A stretch of 33,678 nt of DNA from Octopus bimaculoides. Its lineage: Eukaryota. This document shows, in pieces, positions 1 through 10,740 of the stretch. The stretch lies in contig NC_068986.1 of assembly GCF_001194135.2 (NCBI RefSeq), positions 35,741,685 through 35,775,362 of the forward strand, given 5' to 3'. Both the position numbers and the translations under genes were made by a program. The notes under the pieces were generated by a model, which worked only from the letters and a program-made list of their open reading frames with translations, was not told the DNA's origin and searched no databases. Numbering within the stretch: the stretch's first letter is position 1; each line of letters opens with the position of its first letter.

Positions 1-31
<31 letters not shown>

Positions 32-40
32 TATATACAC
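1..40. repeat. (AT)n microsatellite
   Basis: Direct read of the sequence. Confidence 0.95.
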
Positions 41-305
41 TCAAACACACGCAGACCTGTACATTTCTGCATTATACATATGCGCACAACGATAACAAGA
101 CAACGCACAAAAGTATTGCCTTGAAATGCTTCTAACATTCTTAGAAAATTCTCTAAGTAGGCAAATGTGTGGGTTTGCGCCGATATAAACATTTACAACT
201 ATCTTATTTTCATTGAGTAGTGCAAGGCAGAATAGTTCCCTGTCTTGGAAACCTTGGCTATGTATAGTGCTCGGCTTTTGTTTTGTGTGTTTTGTGTATT
301 GAAGG

Positions 306-366
306 AATAATAATAATAATAATGATAATAATAATAATAATAATAATAGTAGTAGTAGTAGTAGTA

Positions 367-416
<50 letters not shown>
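306..416. repeat. Compound (AAT)n/(AGT)n trinucleotide microsatellite
   Basis: Direct read; explains the poly-Tyr ORF 199..444. Confidence 0.95.
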
Positions 417-731
417 TCTGTGGTCGCTGCAATGATGACTTCAATTTTAAACCAACGAGTTACGTGGAGTTGTTAAGTTAATTACTTGCCAACATCTCAA
501 TTGCTTCTATTAGAATTTTTGTTTCTCCTTAGGGCACCCTAACATACATTTTGTATGAATAGTTCTATCTACGATCTGCACTGCTTTAGATGCAAGTTGT
601 GTCCCCGGAAACCTACGTGCAATATTAATAAATTTAAAATTAGTTATTAACGTTTGTACAGCTTTTGAGTAAATATTATAAGCGAAGTAAAAATCCGTAA
701 AACATTTACAAAAAATATTTCTTGTCTTCAG

Positions 732-903
732 TATGTCATTCTAGATTGAAAAAAGCAAACCAACTAACAGAAAGTTCTAGAAAACGATGTTCTTCATCTT
801 CAAAGACATATTGTGTGCGGGGACGGATTTTCAATTTAGAAAAGAGTAAATTTATTTTGAGACGGGTGTGTAAAGGAATACTTACTAGTTCTTCAAGATG
901 TAG
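732..903 (+). CDS. Candidate internal coding exon, Cys-rich peptide VCHSRLKK...KRCSSSSKTYCVRG...RRVCKGILTSSSRC
   Basis: Acceptor ttttcttgtcttcAG (ends 731) and donor tag|GTAAGA (904). Exactly one open frame across 172 nt (phase 1 in, phase 2 out). No homologue recognised. Confidence 0.4.
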
Positions 904-1074
904 GTAAGAAAGCGGTACATATTCCACGCCCACGATACTGAAAAATAAAATAAAATTACAAGTAAAGAAAATTGATCGAGTTAAATTAATAATAGTACAA
1001 AACGCGGCAATTAACTCTCTGAAATTGTCATGAATATTTCTGTCACACTTTAGCTTGTTATATGTCAGTTAACT

Positions 1075-1588
1075 NNNNNNNNNNNNNNNNNNNNNNNNNN
1101 NNNNNNNNNNNNNNNNNNNNNNNNNNNNNNNNNNNNNNNNNNNNNNNNNNNNNNNNNNNNNNNNNNNNNNNNNNNNNNNNNNNNNNNNNNNNNNNNNNNN
1201 NNNNNNNNNNNNNNNNNNNNNNNNNNNNNNNNNNNNNNNNNNNNNNNNNNNNNNNNNNNNNNNNNNNNNNNNNNNNNNNNNNNNNNNNNNNNNNNNNNNN
1301 NNNNNNNNNNNNNNNNNNNNNNNNNNNNNNNNNNNNNNNNNNNNNNNNNNNNNNNNNNNNNNNNNNNNNNNNNNNNNNNNNNNNNNNNNNNNNNNNNNNN
1401 NNNNNNNNNNNNNNNNNNNNNNNNNNNNNNNNNNNNNNNNNNNNNNNNNNNNNNNNNNNNNNNNNNNNNNNNNNNNNNNNNNNNNNNNNNNNNNNNNNNN
1501 NNNNNNNNNNNNNNNNNNNNNNNNNNNNNNNNNNNNNNNNNNNNNNNNNNNNNNNNNNNNNNNNNNNNNNNNNNNNNNNNNNNNNNNN
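1075..1588. other. Assembly gap (N run) abutting (GA)n
   Basis: N characters. Confidence 1.
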
Positions 1589-1642
<54 letters not shown>

Positions 1643-1864
1643 TTGATAGTATGTAGTAGTAGCAGCAGCAGCAGCAATAGCAAAGTAAATAGGGATTATG
1701 GTCCAGACAAAGGAGATTGTTTACAACGAAATCCTCCTCAGATATAGGGAAAATAGGATTGAGGAAATAGAAAAGCAGAGTGGATGAGAGACAGTGTATG
1801 TGTGTGTGTGTATGACAGAGAGAGTCAGAAAGAGAGAGAGAGAGAGAGATAGAGAGAGAGAAAT

Positions 1865-1897
<33 letters not shown>

Positions 1898-1940
1898 AAG
1901 AGAAAGAGAGAGATAGAGAAAGAGAAGTATGAGAGAGGGA
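1589..1940. repeat. (GA)n, (CAG/TAG)n and GA-rich compound microsatellites
   Basis: Direct read. Confidence 0.9.
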
Positions 1941-3281
1941 AGGACAAAGGGAAAGAACAAGTAAGAAGTGTAGAGTTAAGAAAAGAAACAATACGAAAAA
2001 AAAAACCAAAGTAAAAATGAAATAGAAAATAATTACAAAACGATTAAGAAGAAAGGAAAAAAAAACTGCAAGAAAACATTACTAAAAAGACGGAAGGAAG
2101 TAGAAAACGTAACCAGAGTGACATAGATGGAATTTTGAAAGAAATCAAGAGGAAGAAAACACATTGCAACAACAACAACAATAATAATATAGTCGAAAAA
2201 CTTAATATCCGTTTTGAATGCTTTCTTTAAACGAAACTAACAACAAATGATAGAGACGAAAAGAAGACAAGTATAAAGCGCTTCATTTGAACCCACGAAA
2301 CACAACCTCTGTTTCAGTTCTCTCACTAAAATAAAACAGCATATATCATTAATTCGATGTGGTTATTTTCTGTGAGAGAAGACGTAGCATTATTATTATT
2401 AGTATTGTTATTATTATTATTGCAATTACATTTGTGTTTTCAATAGAACGGGGGTATTTAAAGGAGTTCTGTAGTTTAATAAGCTTTACTGCGCTTGAAT
2501 TTAATGGAAATTTTCTTTTTATAATTGTACCCTATTTCAGAGCGCACTCAGTTTTGCTGCTAATCCGGAAAATTAGGCTTCTCCCCGTCACTAATACCGA
2601 AAAAGTAGACATAGAAAGAGAAAAAGTGTTAATTTTTTTTATAGATAAGAGTAGTAATGCCGATTTGAAAAGTTAGCTTCAACAACAACGAGTATGCTGA
2701 TACAACACATTCACATACACATTGTACTAAGGAAAAGCAAGTCTATAAATTTCAGCCTGAAAAATATAATTGGAAAGCTACACTCATTCTTTACAAACAG
2801 AGCCTGCAGCTGCTGAAGGTAGGATATAAAGAATCAGATGAAAAGCAAATATATCGTTGCACTACGTGCCGAAAACAAGTACATTTCTGCCCGAAGCTCT
2901 CATACAAGCAGGAGAAAGATGGAAGGCGGCTTTCTGTTTTGGCATTGTCAAATTTGCAGGCCCTATGATTTTCTCTCTGAACAGATGCTGGATGTAACCC
3001 GCTCGATATGTGGAATCAGGTTCACAAGGACGATATGTGGTATAAGATCTGTATTATAAGGAATTACGTGCATTGATTTTAAAACTGAGGATGACGTGAA
3101 AAAAGCAAGCTGAGTTAGTTAGCCATACAATTGTTCCTCAGAAAATCCCACAATGTACGAGACAGAGAAATACTGAGATCAGCGAAAACGACATAGGAGA
3201 CAACGCTGAATACTGGCTCATTGTAACTTACATGGCACAATATGAGTAAGAGATGAAAATTACTATTAAATATTATTATTA

Positions 3282-3478
3282 GAATCGTTACCACGCTGGA
3301 CAAAATACTTAGCGGTATTTCGTCCCTCTTTACGTTCTGAGTTCAAATTCCACTGAGGTCGACTATAACTTTCATTCCTTGGAGGTGGATAAAATAAATA
3401 CCTGTTGAATACTGGGATCGACGTAAAACGACTTATTCCCTTCCCCGAGCTTGCTGGCCTTGTGCCAAAATTTGAAAT
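3282..3478 (+). mobile_element. tRNA-derived SINE, family A
   Basis: B-box-like gagttcaaattcc and body gtcgact...cattccttggaggtggataaaat...tactgggatcgacgtaaaacgactt. Homologous to copies at 32271 and 33341. Confidence 0.85.
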
Positions 3479-3501
3479 CATTATCATCATCATCATCGTC
3501 A

Positions 3502-3533
<32 letters not shown>

Positions 3534-3992
3534 GAGTGAGAGAACAATACATGCCATCAAAGTGACACTGGGGTAAAATAGACGGAGCCCAGTATACCCA
3601 CCATGTCTACCCGTCTGATAAAGGTACACCAGGCACATGAATCACAACCATATGTGCGCGATATGGTGATCTCATATCAAGATAAGCAACGCATGACCTT
3701 GCAGGTAGGGATCAGTTAGAATTCTTTCAGGTCAAGTAGCCCGTCTCGCACAAAAGATCCCTGACTAAGGGCTGTTTAAGGATGCTGAACGAAACACTCA
3801 TGTTTCCAGATTTGAATTATTCAAACTCCAAAGACTTCCTCTCAGCACATGGTTATGATGCTCGCCCATTACTTCTGCTCGCGATCAGAGACGTATATAT
3901 TGTCAGCCAGAAAGTGATATGCTCAAGCGGTTAAGGTCAAGCAACTGACAAGCAAACCTATGGTATTGAACAGAATATTTGCTGTAGCTCGT
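3534..3992 (-). mobile_element. Dispersed non-autonomous retroelement with (AAT)n tail
   Basis: GC-richer block whose minus-strand 3' end (...ctctcactc) runs into (AAT)n at 3505-3533. Recognised from memory as a common octopus repeat; no second copy in the window. Confidence 0.55.
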
Positions 3993-4009
3993 CACCTGTC
4001 AGAAACGTT

Positions 4010-4380
4010 AAAGAGTCGAACAAATGCTTGGAGTATTTGACCCGGCTATTTACGTTCCGAGTTTAAATTTCGCCGAAGACCAGTTTGACTTTTATTCTTT
4101 TGGGCCCGATAAAATATGATACCTGTCAAGTACTGGAGTCAATGTTAATTAGTGAACCTTTGCCTAAAAGTAGAAGGAGTCATCATCATCATCATCAGCA
4201 GTACCAGCAGAGCTGTGGATTGTCAAAATTATTGGAACGTTGAGTTCAAATCTCGACAAGATTAATTTTCCTTTTCTCCTTCTGGGGGTCGAAAAATAAA
4301 GTAGTCAGCAGTACTGAACGGATATCCTCAACTGTTCTCCTCTCACATTTACTAGTCTTGTGCTTATGAAGGAAATCCTT
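4010..4380 (+). mobile_element. Two adjacent degenerate family-A SINE copies
   Basis: Motifs gagtttaaatttcgccgaag...gggcccgataaaat (about 4010-4180) and gagttcaaatctcg...gggggtcgaaaaataaagta (about 4230-4380). Confidence 0.65.
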
Positions 4381-4499
4381 ATTATTATTTATTATATGAA
4401 TAATATATTAATACTTATACGTTCAGCTTTTTATGAATTTTGTTGTTAACCTATTGAAGAGTTTCATAGGTACTTAAATATATACATACAAAATATCAA

Positions 4500-4523
4500 T
4501 AATGCACACACACACATTAATGC

Positions 4524-4557
<34 letters not shown>

Positions 4558-4693
4558 ATGTGTGTGTGTGTGTGCGTGTATGTGTGTAAACACTTACACA
4601 TATATTTATCATACTCACAGATAAGTGTGAATATGTACACACACACACTCTCCCTCTCATTCACTCACTCTCTCACTCACTCACACACACACA

Positions 4694-4747
<54 letters not shown>

Positions 4748-4900
4748 ATTTATATATATATATGTATTTATATATATATATATATATATATACGTATGTA
4801 CATATATATACTTTATCGCATACGTATATACGTACACATATCTATGTTTCTGATTGTGTTTATGTTTGTATGCGTGTGAATTGTAATGTACTTAATTCTA
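4500..4900. repeat. Compound (TG)n/(CA)n/(CT)n/(TA)n microsatellite block
   Basis: Direct read. Confidence 0.9.
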
Positions 4901-5204
4901 AGTTTATATATGATTTTCTTATATGACTCCTACACCCACACCCACATATTCACACACACGTATAAAGAGTGTATAGATCAACGGATTATACAATAAAACA
5001 ATAAAATAATTTCCGACGGTAGTAACATTTTGTAATGTAGTTTCGTTTGCAATGACCATTATAGAGACATTGACATAAGAGTTTTACTTCAATCTCATTT
5101 CAACACCATCTTAACATTGTGCAAATCAGTTATGTTTCATTTTTATTTCCACTTTTACTTCCATTTTTGATTCGTTTCAACTTTATGACTTATTAACACA
5201 CATA

Positions 5205-5357
<153 letters not shown>

Positions 5358-5388
5358 AACGCATATATATAAAGACATACTTTTATTA

Positions 5389-5659
5389 TTTTATTCTTTT
5401 ACTTGTTTCAGTCATTTGACTGCGGCCATGCCAGAGCGCCGCCTTTAGTTGAATACATCGACTTCAGAATTTATTCTTTGTAAGCCTAGTACATATTCCA
5501 TCGGTCTCTTTGGCCGAACCGCTAAGTTACGGGGTACATAAACACACCAGCATCGGCTGTCAAGTGATGATGGGGAGACAAACACATACACACAAATACA
5601 TACAGTGGGCTGAACCTGGAACCATGAAAGCTCCTTACCACGGAGCCACGCTGCGCCTA
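5389..5659 (-). mobile_element. Composite SINE: tRNA head (B) + microsatellite + tail module (C)
   Basis: Minus strand: aggcgcagcgtggctccgtggtaagg...ggttccaggttcagcccact head, CA-rich spacer, then cacttgacagccgatgctggtgtg...cagtcaaatgactgaaacaagtaaaagaat, matching 18321-18490. Confidence 0.85.
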
Positions 5660-5814
5660 TGCATATAAAGGTATATGCATAGACACACAAACACACACAC
5701 ACACACACATACACACACACACACCACACACATATATACGCATATATGTATACATACACCAATAAATACTCGATCGAATAACACTGTTTACAAGACTCTA
5801 TGCTTGGAATGACC

Positions 5815-6112
5815 AATTATAAACAACGCTGGAACTCACACACAAGGTACAGGATACTTACATATATACACCATTCTGCTTAAATAATGAAACTGCAGAT
5901 ACAATATCCTTACGTATCTCATGTCTGTTTTTATTCCTCCACTTCATTCTGTATTGCATATCTTCTCTATAACAACTATAACTTAATCGTTTTCTCGCAC
6001 CGTCTCTGATGAAGGGATATATAAAATATCCCGGAAACAGCTTTAAGATCTGTTTATAAATATTCTGAAAACTTTCACTGCCTTGGATTTTTTATCTCAT
6101 TCTGTTAATTTA
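5815..6112 (+). mobile_element. Penelope-like/retrozyme-like short element carrying a hammerhead motif
   Basis: Non-microsatellite block containing the hammerhead at 6002-6049 and ending in (TA)n. Boundaries approximate. Confidence 0.55.
6002..6049 (+). ncRNA. Minimal type-I hammerhead ribozyme motif
   Basis: Stem I GUCU/AGAU; CUGAUGA 6006-6012; perfect 7-bp stem II GGGAUAU/AUAUCCC; GAAA 6034-6037; near-palindromic CAGCUU; UA cleavage site after 6045. Confidence 0.7.
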
Positions 6113-6324
6113 TATATATATAAAATACACACACATTTATACACATGCACACACTTACACACACATATATATACATACATGTCCACACACAGACACACAC
6201 ACACCTTCACTTGTATCTCGATATTTGGTTAGAGCTATTACGTTATATAAGTCGCTCGCGAGCTGAACATATAATGTCGATTTAACCTATGCTTGGTGTA
6301 TGAAACTGAATAGAATCTTGTATT

Positions 6325-6612
6325 AGCAGCGACCATGCTGGGGCGCCTTAGAGAGTTATAGTCGAAGAAATTGATTCCAGTACTTGTTTATCTTTGAAAG
6401 TCATAAACAAACCAACAATGATTATCAAGCCGTGATGCTGGGGTCACATATATACTCGAGGGACTTCATAGTTTTCGTCTACCAAATTCTCTCGCAAAGC
6501 ATTAGTCGGTCGGAGCCTTTATAGAATACACTTGTTCATGGTACCGTGCAGTGGGGTTGAACTTGAAACCACATGGTCGCAAAGGTAACTTCTTAACCAC
6601 ATACTTATGCCT
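6325..6612 (-). mobile_element. Degenerate composite SINE (B head/CORE-like + C tail)
   Basis: Plus strand acacttgttcatggtaccgtgcagtggggttgaacttgaaaccacatgg is the reverse of the 23499 head. gcgaccatgctggggcgcc...gtcgaag matches the C module. Confidence 0.7.
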
Positions 6613-7313
6613 ATTTACATCAGAGAGACGCAAGCACTGAAGTGTTATCAAAAGGTTCTGAAATATACATACAGCAGATATACATAGCATGAAATACACA
6701 GAAGAAGAGGCAAGCAATTTGCTAGGTGCGAATTATTTTTGACTGGTCCTGCAGTCTTTCGCTAAGGTTGTTTTCGTTTAAATTGCTTCTAGGCAGAGAG
6801 TAAAGTCTACACTGAGAGCGGAATCTTATACTTAAATCAAGTATAACTTGCCAGCTAATTGTATCGACAAAATACAAGACTGTAATCGCTTTGGGAATGA
6901 TGTGTATCAGATTGGGTAAGGTAGAGACAATATTCTTCACAGAATTTTTTTCCTCGGATCAAAATCTTTATTATTTTACTATCAAAATATTGACAGACTC
7001 TATCAAGTCTAACACAGAATGATAAATATTTTTTTAACATTAAATTAAAATATTATGAAAACTAATAGCTTTAAATACTAGTGCAATGAATCATACAAAT
7101 GTATAGAATTTTTTTCAATGAAATGGCTGACAGTGATTTCGAAATTTCGGCTTACTGGCCGTCGTCAACCTGTTATAGTTCGCTGTCAACCTTTTCTGCG
7201 TAAAAATTAATAAATATGCTACTGCTCAACTGTTTTTATATGTAGCTTTACAAAGAACAAATTTCTCTCCTTTTCTTTTTAATCATATGCTTACGCGCAC
7301 TCGCACACACACA

Positions 7314-7619
7314 NNNNNNNNNNNNNNNNNNNNNNNNNNNNNNNNNNNNNNNNNNNNNNNNNNNNNNNNNNNNNNNNNNNNNNNNNNNNNNNNNNNNNNN
7401 NNNNNNNNNNNNNNNNNNNNNNNNNNNNNNNNNNNNNNNNNNNNNNNNNNNNNNNNNNNNNNNNNNNNNNNNNNNNNNNNNNNNNNNNNNNNNNNNNNNN
7501 NNNNNNNNNNNNNNNNNNNNNNNNNNNNNNNNNNNNNNNNNNNNNNNNNNNNNNNNNNNNNNNNNNNNNNNNNNNNNNNNNNNNNNNNNNNNNNNNNNNN
7601 NNNNNNNNNNNNNNNNNNN
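7314..7619. other. Assembly gap
   Basis: N characters. Confidence 1.
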
Positions 7620-7784
7620 TGACAAAATTTGTCAGCACGAAATTTTGTCAGTGAACAGGTTGCGGTTTCAAAGCGACCAAAATACTTTAACACAAATTAA
7701 ATTTAAATGTTGAAGTGAATCTAACGGTTTTTGCATGTTTTTTAAATGGCATGTAAACACCTTCAACGCTGCAATTGTGTGTGC

Positions 7785-7910
7785 GTGCATGTGTGTGTGT
7801 GTATATATATATATAGACATTCATACATACATGCATACATACATACATACATACATACATACATACATACATGCATACATACATACATATATATACACAC
7901 GTATATATAT
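7785..7910. repeat. (TG)n/(TA)n/(CATA)n microsatellite
   Basis: Direct read. Confidence 0.9.
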
Positions 7911-8671
7911 GGCAAAGAACCGAAAGTATTAACAAAATGAAACATCAAAAGTCAGAAAGTCAAGAAGACAAACAAAAGAAAAGAAATGAGAGATCCCGGG
8001 CAACACGAAATATCAGTCAAAATCACAAATTTGCAAGAATTGGGAGGACGTATTCGAGGTATTCGATAATGTATTTTTGGAAACAATAAAGCCGGAAAGC
8101 AAGGGAATAGTCAAAACCAGAATGCTTTTCACCATTGTATTTTGCTCGATCAACATTGACCTGGCGTTAAATTACACCAGCAGAAATAAATAACAAAACC
8201 AAACCCATTGTAATTCCATAAATCCATCTTGTACTTTCGAATATTAGATGATTTATTTTCAGTCAAGAATTCGTTTACTCGAAAGCTTCGTTGTAGAGTT
8301 GTATCGTTCTTATTTGTCGTTTTTTTTTTTGGTGAAACAATCGAAACAGGTTTTTCGCGCAGTTTGCAGATGATATTTCATTTGTTTTCACCAATTAATG
8401 GCTTCGTAGACATTGGAAATCAATGTCGTAGAGAAAAATAAATAAACGAAGAACGATAACGTAATATTATCCAAGTCCAAGAATTGGATGTTAGGCTTCC
8501 AGATTCCTGCCTTACACCTGCCATGAGTTCTCTCCTCTCAATCTCTCAACAACGGTAACTTACAGACTTCAATTTAAAAATCAAGAAACAATGTTGTAAA
8601 TACAATAACAAAAAAAAAATACAAGTAAAACAAGCAAAAATATATAAAATATTCCAAGAAATTATATGTAG

Positions 8672-9181
8672 NNNNNNNNNNNNNNNNNNNNNNNNNNNNN
8701 NNNNNNNNNNNNNNNNNNNNNNNNNNNNNNNNNNNNNNNNNNNNNNNNNNNNNNNNNNNNNNNNNNNNNNNNNNNNNNNNNNNNNNNNNNNNNNNNNNNN
8801 NNNNNNNNNNNNNNNNNNNNNNNNNNNNNNNNNNNNNNNNNNNNNNNNNNNNNNNNNNNNNNNNNNNNNNNNNNNNNNNNNNNNNNNNNNNNNNNNNNNN
8901 NNNNNNNNNNNNNNNNNNNNNNNNNNNNNNNNNNNNNNNNNNNNNNNNNNNNNNNNNNNNNNNNNNNNNNNNNNNNNNNNNNNNNNNNNNNNNNNNNNNN
9001 NNNNNNNNNNNNNNNNNNNNNNNNNNNNNNNNNNNNNNNNNNNNNNNNNNNNNNNNNNNNNNNNNNNNNNNNNNNNNNNNNNNNNNNNNNNNNNNNNNNN
9101 NNNNNNNNNNNNNNNNNNNNNNNNNNNNNNNNNNNNNNNNNNNNNNNNNNNNNNNNNNNNNNNNNNNNNNNNNNNNNNNNN
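8672..9181. other. Assembly gap
   Basis: N characters. Confidence 1.
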
Positions 9182-9425
9182 ATAATGGCACAAAACTGTT
9201 ACTGGAATAGTTTTCGAAATCATAAGTTAATCAAGTAGCTTTGGGTGTATGCGTATGTGCGCTTGTGTGCTAACGAGTCTACACAATCATGTATACATTA
9301 CAAATATTCAGCTTTATTCCAACATAATTATCCTACACACACACACAAACAAACAAATACAAACAAATCCTCGCATAAATGCAACATATTTAAGATACAA
9401 ATACACGCATTCAACAAATACACAC

Positions 9426-9466
<41 letters not shown>

Positions 9467-9599
9467 TCAAATAGACACACATGTATACGAAGACACGTAC
9501 CTACAATGCATACACACGCATGAACATACCACACTTCTCCATAAATACACAAAAACTTATGCCTATGCATACACGTGTTTACATTTTCACACAGTAAGT

Positions 9600-9770
9600 G
9601 AATTTCCGTTGGTTTCAACGAAGATCGTTCACATGTTCGATCGACTGAACTGCCTACTCAGTGAACTCGTGTGAATGTGGTTGAGTATTTCACAGACACT
9701 CGTATTCTTTATGTGACTCTCGAGCAGAATCAGCGTTTCACACTTTACTACAAGGTTGACTCAACATTTG
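9600..9770 (-). mobile_element. Old degenerate 3' part of family-D2 SINE
   Basis: gtggttgagtatttcacagacac...cagcgtttcacact...acaaggttgactc aligns by eye with the reverse complement of 30757-30915. Confidence 0.65.
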
Positions 9771-9819
9771 AATCATAGGTCAATTCACAACTTATGTTTA
9801 TGCATTTCACTTGGGTCAG

Positions 9820-9912
9820 CTCGATAATATGTTATTGGGAATTTTCCCAAGATGACTTCGCTATGGGATCGAAGTCAGAACCTCATGATTGAGAAGTCAA
9901 CTTCTTAACAGC
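9820..9912 (-). mobile_element. Degenerate family-B SINE head fragment
   Basis: cccaagatgac...gggatcgaagtcagaacctcatgattgagaagtcaacttctta resembles the reverse of the B head. Confidence 0.5.
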
Positions 9913-10524
9913 CCTATATACAGTATATTTAATTCTCTGCTGATTCACCAGAAGTAATAAATTGCAAGACTCAATATAACTATAGAGTATTCTTTAATAC
10001 ATTATAACTGAAAAGTTCCGATTTCCAGTATTTAGTGTGACTCGTTTCCGTTCAACAACTGGTAACTAGAGCCTGGTTTTCTTACGAGATATTCACTGGT
10101 TGAATTTCTTTGAAATATGAAATGTAAGTTTGAAGAAAACGCTTATTCTCTAGTACTTTTGTTTAAAAATTATTATGAACGATACATGCAAAAACGGCTG
10201 CTTCAGGCTTGCGCTTTTTGTTTCTTTTCTGGTTTTCGACATAATATGAATGTCTTAAAGCCCATAAGAACGAGCGAAATTATGAAACCGCGCTAATATC
10301 TAAATAATGCTTTCAAGTAATACTTTCAAATAATACTTTTAATTAATGATTTTAAAAACTATAATTGTGTACGGGCGCGTTCATCTTGCATATTATACAA
10401 TCACACATTAAAGCTATAAATACAGTTCATATTAAGTTTACTATCAATAATCTTACAGATTCCATTTGATGCCGTTTTATTTGATATAATACAAATATAT
10501 TTGAGGCTTCCTTCTTATCTTCAG

Positions 10525-10740
10525 TGTACTTGATTAAATATTTGTTGTTGAACTCAATCACATATTCTGTGTCACTTCTCATTCCATATGTTTATAATCT
10601 GCTGGTCGTTAATGGGATTATCTCCAGGTCAGCCCTGAGCTTGCAGACTACTAATCAAAATCATTTTAGCAGTGACCTTCTCATCTTTTTCCACTGTGCA
10701 TGGAACCTGAATCCGCTTTATCCAGCGTGTTCTTTTTCAT
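10525..10740 (+). CDS. Candidate symmetric phase-1 exon, unrecognised product
   Basis: Acceptor ttccttcttatcttcAG and donor cat|GTAAGT. 216 nt with a single open frame. No known domain. Confidence 0.25.

Noticed and set aside
2756-3090. GC-richer block with several 50-70 codon open frames (CTTC motif; GCNPLDMW..DDMWYK)
   Set aside because: No consistent acceptor/donor pair with an open frame and no recognisable family.
7620-7650. 11-bp inverted repeat tgacaaaattt/aaattttgtca
   Set aside because: Short, AT-rich and at a gap edge; may be chance or an assembly artefact.
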